This document shows, in pieces, positions 1 to 11,290 of a stretch of 22,671 bases of DNA. Positions within the stretch are counted from its first letter, which is position 1, and every line of letters starts with the position of its first letter. The stretch comes from Octopus sinensis. Taxonomy: Eukaryota. The translations under genes were made by a program, and so were the position numbers. The notes beneath the pieces were generated by a model, which was not told the origin of the DNA, made no database searches, and saw only the letters and a list, made by a program, of their open reading frames with translations. The DNA lies in the NCBI RefSeq assembly GCF_006345805.1, contig NW_021836773.1, positions 1 to 22,671 on the forward strand, written 5' to 3'.

Positions 1-707
1 GCTGACTCTGTCATGTGCTTTATATTCTCAGGTGCTAAGACTCTACACCCTGAGATTAGGTGGTCTATGTTTCAATCTCATCGTTACAGAATCAGCATTT
101 TGGTCAGCTCCATTTTTTTTTCACATTGGCTTGTTCTGGTAGTTCCGGGTTAATAAGCTTTGGTCTTGAGCAGCTAATGTGAAACCTTCACTCTCTGCTT
201 TTAGCCCTGAGCTTCGTAACCATTGATGCGTGTGTTTCTGGTCGACATCAGCTTGTTTGCTAGGGTCCACATACTTGCAATGCAGAGGTTTGTGTTCCCA
301 TCTGCTAGCTAATCTTTCATGTGCTTTTGTCTTTGCAATTAATTTTATTTTCTTTGCAGCAGCAGTTGGCGCATTTCCTTCAACCCAATCAATCTGGTAG
401 GTATCTAAGAGATCAGTAGCGAATTTTTTGGTACGTAAGATCAAGCTGGATCAAGCCTCGACCTCCCTGAGCACTGGGAAGGTAAAGACGATCCACGAGC
501 AAAAAGATTCATTTGACGAGCAACAGAGTAAATAATTTCCTTTAACTTATTAAGATCGGGTTTTAGTTGTATGATTTCTTGTGTAACGCAGTTGCCAATT
601 TTTATTTGTGTTTTATGTTGGTGCGCATTTGAGAGTTTATGGAGTGGTTCCCTATCATTCATATTTGTATGCCCTACTACTGCAAGTTCATTCAGAACTT
701 CCTGCTT
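1..707 (-). mobile_element. R4/Dong-like RLE non-LTR retrotransposon remnant A (internally deleted, runs off window edge)
   Basis: The minus-strand translation gives a pre-RT segment (TNMNDREPLHKL...LNKLKEIIYSVA) joined directly to VDRLYLPSAQGGRGLIQL, then RWEHKPLHCKY...WLRSSGLKAESEGFTLAAQDQSLLTRNY, then a frameshifted zinc knuckle (KC*FCNDEIET..DHLISGC..HDRV). These motifs are typical of R2-superfamily R4/Dong ORFs. Confidence 0.88.
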
Positions 708-737
708 CATCATCATCATCATCAACATCATCATCAT
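708..737. repeat. (CAT)n microsatellite at the 5' junction of LINE A
   Basis: Directly visible catcatcat run. Confidence 0.95.
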
Positions 738-747
738 ACAAAGATGG

Positions 748-860
748 AAGGCAATAAGCTGGCAGAATCGTTAGCATGCCAGACAGAATGCTTTGCGACA
801 TTTCGTCCATCTTTAGTTCCTAAGTCTAAACGCCGCTGGGCACCACTTTGCCTTTTAGCT
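748..860 (+). mobile_element. Degenerate tRNA-derived SINE head (family 2)
   Basis: aaggcaataagctggcagaatcgttagcatgcc...ctttgcctttt contains an A-box-like TGGCAGAATCG. The ctttgccttt segment is complementary to aaaggcaaag in the minus-strand copy at about 19785. Confidence 0.65.
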
Positions 861-992
861 TCAAGAGTAAGGATTACAAAGATTTTAGGCCTTGTTTACC
901 TGACAGAAAGCTAGGTTCCTCATCACAGGCAGGTTTCATCACAAAAATACGTTTTGTTTACATTAATAATAAAACTAAAGAACAACTGGGGG

Positions 993-1014
993 TGACGTCA
1001 TTTATAATGAGTCA
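993..1014. promoter_or_regulatory. Adjacent perfect CRE (TGACGTCA) and AP-1 (TGAGTCA) motifs
   Basis: TGACGTCA at 993-1000 and TGAGTCA at 1008-1014. Motif match only. Confidence 0.25.
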
Positions 1015-1774
1015 TAAACAAATCTGACTAAAAACTTGCACTGTGATCGGTTGTCTGTTCTTGGTATTTTCTTTTCTTTTACTATCTATGTTCTTCATAA
1101 CCGCTTTAACGGGAATCTGGCAGAGATTATGTCTAAGCTATTCCCGCTATAGCAGGAAAACGGCGCAGTTGGGTTAAAACACATCATCCCTTCCAAAGCG
1201 TTACAATTTATTTTATTTACCATTTTCTGCTTAATACCTTTTCCCATAATTGTAAGAATTCTAAGAAATCCGCATAATTTTCTTTCTTTCTGCTCAAAAA
1301 TATGAACCTTAATCTTCCAATTCCTTCGTGTAAATCCACTTCATACTTCATATCTAACACAATTTTTTTCTCCCGTAGTCTTTAATTGATTAAAGATTAC
1401 ACTTACATATCTAATCTCAGCGGAATATTCCTTCTTACTTCTTTTCCCTCCAAATTTTTTAATATCTTTTCTCCATTTTCGCCCAACATATTTCTATAGT
1501 TCGTTTCATTTAACCCATTCACAGATCGTCTGCCGTCCTTGAAATCCAATATCGTATGCTAATATTAAAATGGACGGTCTTTTTCCTAAATATCGAATTA
1601 AACAAGTCATAATTTTAAATTAAACCACTCACACCCAACTACATTTTTTCATCTCGCCTTTGATCCAATCCTTTCGTTTCATTCTTCAATCAATCCTTTC
1701 TTTTCTTTCTTCCTTCTTCTGTTTTTTTACTTATCGCCTTCCATCACTCTAAACTATTTTTCAACACATACATA

Positions 1775-1847
1775 CTATATAAAAAAAATATATATATCAC
1801 ATATTATATACATACATATATAAACATATAATATATATATATATATA

Positions 1848-1900
<53 letters not shown>

Positions 1901-2233
1901 GTATATGCAAATATATGCATATATATATATGTATATATATATCTTTATATATATATATGTGTGTGTGTGTATGTATGCATATATTATACTGACACACACG
2001 TATATTATTTCTTTTCGCTCAGGATCAGAAGTGATCAAAATGAACGAAAGAGTTCTATAAACAGCAATATACAGACAAAACATTATATAAGTATGTATAT
2101 GCGTGTATTAAATATATATATAGAGAGAGAGAGAGAGGGAGAGAGAGGGAGAGAGAGAAAAAAAATAATAGATACGTGTAAATATATATATATATATACA
2201 CAAATATATATGCATATAAATAGATATACATAC

Positions 2234-2271
<38 letters not shown>

Positions 2272-2640
2272 GCATCAATATATACACACACATATATATA
2301 TATACATATATGTATTAATATATATATATACATACATATATATACATATATATATATATATATGCATATATGTATGTATTTATATATATGTGTATATACA
2401 TGTATGTATATATATATATATACAATATGTATATATATACATATATATATGTATGTATATATATAAGCATATATATATAAAACTGCTGAGAGTATACAAT
2501 AGGTGCGTGCGCGTGTGCGTGTGTCTATGTTTAAAATGTCTATGTTTGTGTATGAATATACATGTATATATATATATATACATACTTATATATATACATA
2601 CATACTTATATATATACATACATACTTATATAAATATATA
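1775..2640. repeat. Compound (TA)n/(TG)n/(GA)n microsatellite block
   Basis: Directly visible; source of the spurious IYIY ORFs. Confidence 0.95.
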
Positions 2641-3029
2641 TTGCTAATGACATTATACACCTCTATGCACACACAATTTAATCCATCAACAAGTTTTGCC
2701 GAGATTAAAAAAATGAAATCACTTGGATTACTTTAGCGAAAATAATATTGGTATTAATAATACTGAAGTTGTTGTTGTCGACGGTGGTCGTGGCTATGGT
2801 GATGGCAGTGGTACGATGGTGGTGCTGGAGATTGTGCAGGAATGCGGGAAATGGAGATGAAGCTGGTGGTGATGCGGAAGTGGTGATTCGCCTCTCGAAT
2901 TTCTATGTGTATAATTATGCTATATGGGTGTTTGTGTGTATGGAGGATTTGGATATGTGTGTGAGTGGGTGTGTTTGTGTGTGCACAGGCTGTGATTGTG
3001 TGTTAGCGTATATGCACGAACGAACGAGA

Positions 3030-3069
3030 ATTTGTATGTATGTATATATCTATATATGAATTTCTATGC

Positions 3070-3106
<37 letters not shown>

Positions 3107-3389
3107 TATACATATATATACATGAATATATAAATATCTACATATTGACATACATTTATAGACACATGTTGATTCATGCACACATACATATATATGTGTG
3201 TGTATATATATATATTTATGTCTATATTTATGTGTGTGTATATATATATATATTTATGTCTATATTTATGTGTGTGTGTATGGGTATACGAGGTGTATGT
3301 TCATATCTATGTATACGCGGATAAACACATACCCACCCACATATATGTAAATATATATTTATACATAAGTATAAACATATATCTATAAC

Positions 3390-3457
<68 letters not shown>

Positions 3458-3500
3458 TGTATGTATATATTCCTGTATGTATATGTACATATATGTTTGT
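3030..3500. repeat. Compound (TA)n/(TATG)n microsatellite block
   Basis: Directly visible. Confidence 0.95.
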
Positions 3501-3634
3501 GTATTCATATGCGTGTGTGTATCTGTTTGTGCATCGGCGTATATAAACGCTTCACTGGTGAAGATGGCTGCCAGAAAAAGTTAAAAGCGAAAGTGAAAGT
3601 ACCTTCACACTCTTCCCCCAATACGCGCCGCACC

Positions 3635-3643
3635 AATAATGAA

Positions 3644-3729
<86 letters not shown>

Positions 3730-3732
3730 TAA
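3635..3732. repeat. (AAT)n microsatellite
   Basis: About 30 AAT units. Confidence 0.97.
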
Positions 3733-3830
3733 CAAAAATAATACAAGCCGATGAATAAGCATAACCAAAGCAACGTATTCGGTTATTATTTGATATTTCT
3801 AATATTTACCGATTGTTGAATAGTGAAAGG

Positions 3831-3903
3831 CTGACGTGACATTGATATGACATGACCTGACATTGGTTAAACATGACATCACGTGACCTGACGTCACGTG
3901 ACC
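3831..3903. promoter_or_regulatory. Dense TGAC / E-box / CRE motif cluster
   Basis: Nine TGAC half-sites (3832, 3837, 3848, 3853, 3858, 3874, 3884, 3889, 3899), TCACGTGA twice (3879, 3894), TGACGTCA at 3889 and GTCACGTGAC at 3893. Confidence 0.4.
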
Positions 3904-4059
3904 GTTTATATATGTTGGCCTACATTTTGTTTGAGGGTTTTCATGAAATGTTTCATTTTTGAGCAATTTTTTGATTACATTTGATAAATCTATTCATTTT
4001 ATTATTTGTTTGTTTGTTTGTTTGCAAATATTGCCGAGATTAAATATTGATATTAAATA

Positions 4060-4123
4060 TTTCATATCTATCTATCTATTTATCTAACTACCTATCTCTC
4101 TTTCACTCCCCTCTCTCTCTCTC

Positions 4124-4155
<32 letters not shown>

Positions 4156-4930
4156 CTATTTATCGATTATATAATAATATTATATATATATTATATAAAA
4201 AATATATATATATATCTATATATATTTATTTATTATATATATAATATATATTATATATATATAATATAATTTATTATATATATATATATATATATATATA
4301 TTTAATATATATATATATATTATATATTTATATATTATATATATATTATATATATATATTATATATATAATAGTTAAATTTATATATATTTATATTTATA
4401 TTTATATATATATATATATGTATGTACGTATATATATGTATGTATGTAATATATATTATATATATATTATATATATTATATATTGTATGTATGTACGTGT
4501 AATATATATATGTATAAATGTATATAGATATGTATTTTTATACGTATGTCTAGGTTTCTGTATGTAAGTATGGATTGGTGAAAGACTACATGGATATATA
4601 AATGCTTGTATTTTTTAATGTATGTACGTATGGATGGATGTTTTTTTTCGTAGCCATGTATGTATGAATGTCTGTCTGTCTGTCCGTATGTTTTATGCAT
4701 GCATGTATGCACGCACATAAGAATACATGTATACGTGTATGCCTGCCTGTACACACGTAATTGTGAATGTGTGAATGTACGTAACTACATATGTATGCCT
4801 CTCTATCTGTCAGTCTGTCTGTCTGTGTCTGTATGTATGTATGAACGTATGTATATACGTATTTATGTAATTATATATGTAAATATATATGTTCATGTAT
4901 GTACATATATAAGCATGTAAGTGTCTTTAT
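4060..4930. repeat. (TATC)n/(CT)n/(TA)n/(TATG)n degenerate microsatellite block
   Basis: Directly visible. Confidence 0.9.
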
Positions 4931-4983
4931 ATCTACAAATATTTTATTATAAAGTGTTATTTTTATATTATTTACCAAGACGT

Positions 4984-5387
4984 AAGAGTGGCTGTGTGGT
5001 AAGTAGCTTGCTTACAAACCATATGGTTCCGGGTTCAGTCCCATTGCGTGGCACATTGGGCAAGTGTCTTCTACTATAGCCTCAGGCTGACCAAAGTCTT
5101 GTGAGTGGATTTGTGAGTGAAAGAAACCCGTCGTATATATGCATATGTGTGTGTGTGTGGGGGTGTCTGTGTGTGCGTGTGTATGTGTTTGTGTATCTGT
5201 GTTTGTCCTCCCAACATCGCTTAACAACCGATGCTGGTGTGTTTACTTTCCCGTAACATACCGGTTCGGCAAAAGCGACCGATGGAATAAGTACTAGGCT
5301 TACAAAGAATAATACAGCTCGAATAAAGGCAGTGCTCCAGCATGGCCACAGTCACATGACTGAAACAAGTAAAAGAGTAAAAGAGTA
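4984..5387 (+). mobile_element. Near full-length tRNA-derived SINE (family 1)
   Basis: A-box-like TGGCTGTGTGG at 4989-4999, B-box-like GGTTCAGTCCC at 5032-5042, internal (TA/TG)n, 3' body ending gactgaaacaagtaaaagagtaaaagag. Colinear with the copy at 19879-20513. Confidence 0.9.
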
Positions 5388-5535
5388 ATGGATAAAGAGA
5401 TAGTTGATAACTCAGATCCTCCTTCACTGAAATTTCAACAGCTTCATGTTTTGCTTTTGCAATTGCATGTATACAGGAGTCTGCGCATGCGTAGTTCTCA
5501 ATATTTTGCTATATGAATGTATACCCATGCATATA

Positions 5536-6615
5536 CAGGGGGTGACAAATTTATGGAAACGCCTTAAAATTTCAAACAAATTTATGTTAATATATGGTAG
5601 GACCGCCTTTGGCAGTAAGTACAATTTGAATTCTATGAGGTATGGACTTGTACAAAGTTTGAATTGTTTCCAAAGGAATTTTTGTCCATTCTTCATCTAA
5701 AACAGTCTCCACTTCTTGTAGTGATGATGGTGGAGGATATTGACTCCTTACTTGTTTTTCTAAAATGCACCATAAATGTTCAATAATATTGAGATCTGGG
5801 GATTGTGGTGGTCAGATAAGATGTTCAGCTTCACTAGAATGTTCATCGTGCCATTCAGTAACAACTTTAGCTGTGTCAATTATCATCCTGAAAGATTGTG
5901 TTTCCCCCCGGAAACAGTTCCGCAAACATAGGATGAATTTGATAAGATTAAATGCTTAGTATTGACTATCAATTCTGCCATGAAGGGAAACCATTGGGTC
6001 GGCGGATTTCCAAGAAATAGCCCACCAAATCATCACTGATCCTCCTCCATGTTTAACAATTGGAAGAAGGCAGTCTGGGTCAAATGCTTCTTTGGGCTGT
6101 CTCCACATGTTTACTCGGCCGGTCGTTGGAAATAAGGTAAAGTATGATTCGTTCAAAAAAATAACATTCTTCCACTGCTCTAGGGACCAATTCTGTAGGT
6201 TTTTACTCCACTCTAAACGCTTTGCAACGTTTGTTTTTGAAAACAGTGATTTTCTGATTGCAGCCTTCCCGTAAAATCCTACTTTGTGCATCTCCTTGCG
6301 AACAGTTTCTGTAGAAACTGGGTTCTCGGGGTGATCATTAAGCTCTGCAGTAATTTTGGGAGCTGTACTTTTGTGATCGTTTCCAGCAATTCGCGTAAGA
6401 GCCTGACGGTCCCTATCTGAAAGTTTTGAATGAATTTTAATTACCTTTTTCTGATGATATCTGAAAAGAAACAGCAATTTTAGCATAGTATATCAAGCAA
6501 CACTAATAATATATATAAAAAAAACAAAAATAAACTAGCTTTTGATAGTTTTATAGATATTTCAAAATTATGATGCTATGATGTTAGGTGTTTCCATTAT
6601 TTCGTCCAACCCATG
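5536..6615 (-). mobile_element. Tc1-family DNA transposon (deleted copy) with imperfect ~28-bp TIRs and TA TSD
   Basis: Left end TA|CAGGGGGTGACAAATTTATGGAAACGC; reverse complement of the right end CATGGGTTGGACGAAATAATGGAAACAC, followed by TA at 6616-6617. Transposase remnant lies between the TIRs. Confidence 0.92.
5587..6486 (-). pseudogene. Tc1 DD34E-type transposase pseudogene
   Basis: HTH region (STAPKITAEL...VSTETVRKEM), NVIFLNES (decayed SDES), VKHGGGSVMIW, QDDN, *PPQSPDLNIIEHLW and C-terminal GGPTIY*. Has a premature stop and deletions or frameshifts. Confidence 0.92.
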
Positions 6616-6701
6616 TAGTTCCATATTTAGACATGTATTTATATACTTAACTTTTCGAAAATTTTACAAATTTTTACAGTTCTTTGATGTCATGTATCTG
6701 T

Positions 6702-6861
6702 CATCTTCTTCGAGGGCTGCTGAAAAGTTCCTGTCTTTAAGGGTGTCGCGAAAGGCCTGGTAGAAGGCCTAAACTTCCGAGCTCTTTTACAGGGTTTAGA
6801 AAAATTAAAGGACTGCTGCGATAAGTGTGTGACTCTGACGGGGGAATATTATAACTTGTAG
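6702..6861 (+). pseudogene. Mariner-like transposase C-terminal remnant
   Basis: ...LLQGLEKLKDCCDKCVTLTGEYYNL* resembles the mariner terminus FY.xGIxKLxxRWxKCxxxxGxY. A HLxRxLxKFL-like stretch lies upstream across a frameshift. Confidence 0.5.
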
Positions 6862-7354
6862 CCACACCGCATTTTGTTATGCAACCACAATATGCTACAA
6901 AGAATATTAAACTTTTTTTATAAGTCAATAGTGTGTACTACTGTGTTAGCAGTGCATTTAAGTCACGTGTTAAGGAAATCTCTACAGATTATCCATAGAA
7001 ATGAAAAATAAAGGAGAAAGATTAGTAAAAATAACAAAATAATTAAAACATAATAAATGAAAACCATGAAGATAAGAATAAAGGGAAAAGAAAAGAGAAA
7101 AAGGAAACATTAAGATATAGATCTGTCAGTGGTCAGTAGAGATAATTTGAAAGTAGGAGTGAGGATAGAGAGAGAGAAAGGTATTATAGTGTAAAAGATA
7201 GAGGAATGAGGGGGAGGTTAAGAGGTAGAGGAAAGACCAATGTGTAGTAGTAGCTTCTAATTGTGAGGCAAAGATATGAATAATTAAGGAAATAGCAGCG
7301 TTTAATAGTCTGAGAAAATATATATTTGTGACGATTTATATACATATATATATA

Positions 7355-7650
7355 TCAGATAAGTTACATATACAATCCTTATTGGAATGTCGCATATATA
7401 CCATTATGCCTATTAAACGGATTTACGAATTCAATACCCATACATATCTTGCATTTATTTTCTTTCCTCCACCTCACTCTCTATTTTGTATCACATCGAA
7501 ACTAACTATGACTTAATTTTTCCTCTCACACCGTCTCCGATGAAGGGATATTATTAATTAATATCCTAGAAACAGCTGTAAGACCTTCTATCTATAAATG
7601 CTCTAATATCTATACAGCCTTGGTTTTTTATCTTATTACGAAAAAATTCT
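7355..7650 (+). mobile_element. Putative Penelope-like solo pseudo-LTR unit carrying a hammerhead (boundaries approximate)
   Basis: Hammerhead motif with pyrimidine-rich flanks, bounded on both sides by TA-rich stretches. Confidence 0.5.
7533..7584 (+). ncRNA. Minimal type-I hammerhead ribozyme motif HH1
   Basis: Helix I GTCT(7533-36)/AGAC(7581-84); core CCGATGA (7537-43); helix II GGATATTA/TAATATCC plus G-T pair, with 5-nt loop; GAAA (7569-72); palindromic helix III ACAGCTGT; GUA cleavage triplet ending at 7580. Confidence 0.78.
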
Positions 7651-7881
7651 TATATACATATAATAGATAATGAGTGGTTATCAATCCAGGCTAAATTCTT
7701 CATAAGCTCTCTGTTGGTATACTAGGCTAACGATATTACTTCGATGAGTGAAGAACTCCAAGTAATCTCTTGGTAGAGTCCCAAGTTATGGTTCATCTCA
7801 ATTCTATATTCGAAATCCATGTATGGCTTTAAACGAACTGTTTTTTACACAGAGTGATATATAAGAACCAATTTAAAATAA

Positions 7882-10063
7882 TACAACGTAACAATTTTCA
7901 AAAACATTTGTTTATTGTATTTTTTTTATTGTTAATCAATCCATTTTTCTGCTGATTCCAAAAATGAAATTATTTTTTGTGTCTCATCAACAGTTAAGAA
8001 AATATGTCGACTTTCAATATTGTTATGTATTCGGTATTGTTATAATGTTCCGCTACAAAATGTATGTCTAATTTTCTCTTTCAGACCAATTACTAAGTTC
8101 TGCTACTTTCAGGATGGCTACTAGAGTATGTAAAAATTCTCCAGATACATTTTGCTATGTGTGTGGTTATTATATTGGAAAAAATCAGGTATTACATAAG
8201 ATCGTGAATGGTGCCAAATTGTGGATAGCGTACAGGCTATTTCAGAATGCCCATGGGTGACTAGGACAAACCATGGGTCCCACATGTGATAGGTAGAAAC
8301 TGTCGATCTACTCTAGACAGATGGTTAAGAGGTACTAGAGGGTCAATGCCTTTTGCCATTCCAAGGGTATGGAGAGAGCCAAAGAACCATCATGATGACT
8401 GTTATTTTTGTATGAGCGATGTGACAAAGTACAGAAAAGTGAAAGGAAGACAAGCTCTTCAGTATCCAGACATGCCATCATCTAGAGCACCTGATAGTTT
8501 ATGAGTATCACTACCACCAGAAAATATTTCATCTGAAGAGTCAACAAGTAGCAGCAGCCAAGAAATGGAGGAAGCTTTCGTACCAAGAACTACTTCGGAG
8601 CCTCACCTTCCAAATCAGAGTGAGCTAGACGATTTAATCAGGGATCTGGGTCTTACCAAATCAGGAGCTGAACTTCTTTCATCAAGGTTGAAGGAATGGA
8701 ATCTACTGGGGGAAGACTGAAAGACATCTCTGTCCTGGAAACGCCATGAAGAATTTGAAATTTACTATGAAAATATTAATGATCTGTGTTATTGTAAAGA
8801 TGTGATTGGTTTATTTACTGCTATTGGACTCAAGCATGATTCTGAAGAATGGCGACTGTTCATAGATAGCTCAACATGAAGTCTCAAAGCAATGTTGCTC
8901 CACAATAGAAATAAATATCCTTCTTTGCCTCTTTCACACTCCAATGTCAAAGAACTTTTCGACAAAATGAACTACGCTGATTTCAAGTGGGATGTTTGTG
9001 GTGATTTCAACATGCTTGCCTTCTTGCTTGGCTTGTATGGGGGATACACAAAGTATTCATGTTTCCTTTGCTTATGTGACAGCGGAGCTGATGATCATCA
9101 TTACAAGAGAGTAGATTGGCCCCCACGAGTGGAACTGCAGCCAGGAATGTTAAATGTTTTTAAACAGCCTCTAGTAGATTCCAACAAAATCTTATTACTC
9201 CCACTTCATACCAAACTCGGATTGGTAAAAGAGTTTGTGAAGGCCTTAGATTTTAGAGGAGAAGCTTTTCAAGAAATTTGTCTCATGTTTCCAAAGATAT
9301 CTGAGGCTAAGATCAAGGGTGACATATTTGTTGGGCCCCTAGTAAATGCAATGTTAAAGTCGAAGAAACTGGAAAGAGCGATGACAAAAGTTGAAAAAGA
9401 AGCTTGGTGTATATTTCGTGATGTAGTTCGTGGATTTCTAGGAAATCACAAGGTTTCTAATTACAAACAGCTGGTAGCAAAGCTTATTGAAAACTCCAAG
9501 AAAATCGGTTGTCGTATGTCCTTAAAGGTTCTTTTTTGCACTCTCACCTAGATTTTCCCCCGAAACCTTCGGTGATGTCAGTGAGGAGCAAGGGGAAAAT
9601 TTCATCAGGACATCGTAACTATAGAAAGAAGATACCAAGGACGATGGGATACTGCTATGATGGGAGATTATATATGGTCTCTAGTCAGAAGAGATGAAGG
9701 TATATACTCCAGAAATCTCGATCATCAAATCACTTCTTATCTTAAGAAAAGAGTTATCAGGGCATTTACAGTGCATAGTTTCATTGTTTCTTTGTGTTCT
9801 AACTAATATTATACTTCCCACATACCTTTCAATATATGAAAAAGTACTAAATGTTGTGTAATTGTTCTTACAATACAGAACAGATTGAACCAACAAAGTG
9901 TTGTAGAGAAAAGTTACAAATATAATGAGCAAATATGAAATTAGAAATAAATAGATAACTATCGATGTTACGTCAAAATGAATGTGATTTTTGAATTTAG
10001 TGGCAAAAAATGGATATATGAACATTAAAAAATACAATTAAACAAAACAAGTGTTACATTGTG
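7882..10063 (+). mobile_element. Chapaev3 (CMC superfamily) DNA transposon, full length, decayed
   Basis: Imperfect ~80-bp TIRs (left TACAACGTAACA...TTGTTTATTGTATTTTTT..ATCCATTTTT..CAAAAAT; right rc CACAATGTAACA...TTGTTTAATTGTATTTTTT..ATCCATTTTT..CAAAAAT). 3-bp TSD TAA at 7879-81 and 10064-66. Transposase lies inside. Confidence 0.88.
8114..9745 (+). pseudogene. Chapaev3 transposase pseudogene
   Basis: MATRVCKNSPDTFCYVCG...KPWVPH...VWREPKNHHDDCYFC...ELDDLIRDLGLTKSGAELLSSRLKE...WRLFIDSS...VCGDF..LAFLLG..GGYTKYSCFLC...PLHTKLGLVK.FVKAL...FLGNHK...SEEQG..FHQDI...RYQGRW. Several stops (about 8503, 8717, 8878) and frameshifts. Confidence 0.9.
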
Positions 10064-10739
10064 TAATGGTCATTACCATATTTTTCCTTTATTGAACCAA
10101 ATAAACGAAAATAATGTTCAAATAAAGGCAAAATATTCATGGCCGTTTCTTCTAATATACTACATACATACATACGTATATATATATAATATATATATAT
10201 TAATATATATATATATATGTATAACTTATGTTTCAACATTATATATGAAACCAATTTGATATTGAACTGGAAGTGTCAAATTTGATTACTCAGTACGAGT
10301 GTTTCAGTAGCAGAAAATATAATTATTTATATAATTACATAATTAAATTGCATAATCAATTAATTCGAAAGTGTTATATTTTTGCTCTTTGATCAAGATA
10401 TGTTGCTTGCATCGATCATTTTAGTCGATTCAGTTTGAACAAGCAAGTTTGTTCCGCCATGTTTGACTGGATTGTAATAGCATATTGGAATTTAACGATG
10501 ATGTATTATTTGAGCTGCTAATTACCATAAATATATTACTTGATGGCTATGTATCAATTATACACACAGACACACAAAGGCACATATAGTCACGCGCGCG
10601 CACAAATGGATACTTTGTGCAATGCAAAATGGTAGTTCCACATTTTTATGTATGTTCCTCCAAGACGTATCAAATATTTGTGGCAAGGGAATTGTTACTA
10701 TGTTCCTCAAAGTATGAACATTAATATTACCATGAACGA

Positions 10740-10776
10740 AAACAACGACAATAATAATGATAATGATAATAATAAT

Positions 10777-10810
<34 letters not shown>

Positions 10811-10951
10811 TAATGACAATAATAATAATAATGACAATAATAATAATAATAATAATGATATGATAATAATAATAATAATAATAATAATCATAATAATGAT
10901 GATGATAATAATAATAATGACAATAATAATAATAATAATAATAATAATGAC

Positions 10952-10993
<42 letters not shown>

Positions 10994-11235
10994 AATGACA
11001 ATAATAATAATATTAATAATAATAATAATAATAATAATGATAATATGATAATAATAATCATAATAATGATGATGATGATAATAATAATAATGACAATAAT
11101 AATAATAATAATAAAATAATAAAATAATAATAATAATGATTATTATATAAAACTATAAAATAGTAATTATAATAATAATAATAATAATAATAATTATATA
11201 AAAATGATAATAATAATAATAATAATAATAAAAAT

Positions 11236-11288
<53 letters not shown>
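10740..11288. repeat. Long degenerate (AAT)n array
   Basis: About 550 bp of AAT units interspersed with GAC, GAT and CAT variants. Confidence 0.97.

Positions 11289-11290
<2 letters not shown>

Noticed and set aside
1240-1760. Pyrimidine-rich stretch with Lys/Glu/Trp-rich short frames on the minus strand (similar skew at 6990-7320 on +)
   Set aside because: Possibly a very old LINE fragment, but the frames are full of stops and I recognise no motif.
2023-2090. Exon-like segment (ttcttttcgctcAG ... GTATGT) with one open frame [22 protein letters not shown]
   Set aside because: No partner exons or recognisable protein; GTATGT is common in these TATG repeats.
2696-4044. Exact 14-bp direct repeat TTGCCGAGATTAAA at 2696 and 4031
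   Set aside because: About one such match is expected by chance in 22 kb, and the enclosed DNA has no element structure.
1775-4920. Many 60-230 aa ORFs rich in I/Y/C/V/M/N/L here and throughout the window
   Set aside because: They are translations of (TA)n, (TG)n, (AAT)n and (TATC)n microsatellites, with no domain or codon signal.
4984-5060. SINE heads as tRNA genes
   Set aside because: They have A/B boxes but no cloverleaf or anticodon arm, and they continue into SINE bodies.
5480-5493. NRF1-like palindrome CTGCGCATGCGTAG
   Set aside because: Single motif between a SINE and a Tc1 end, with no promoter context.
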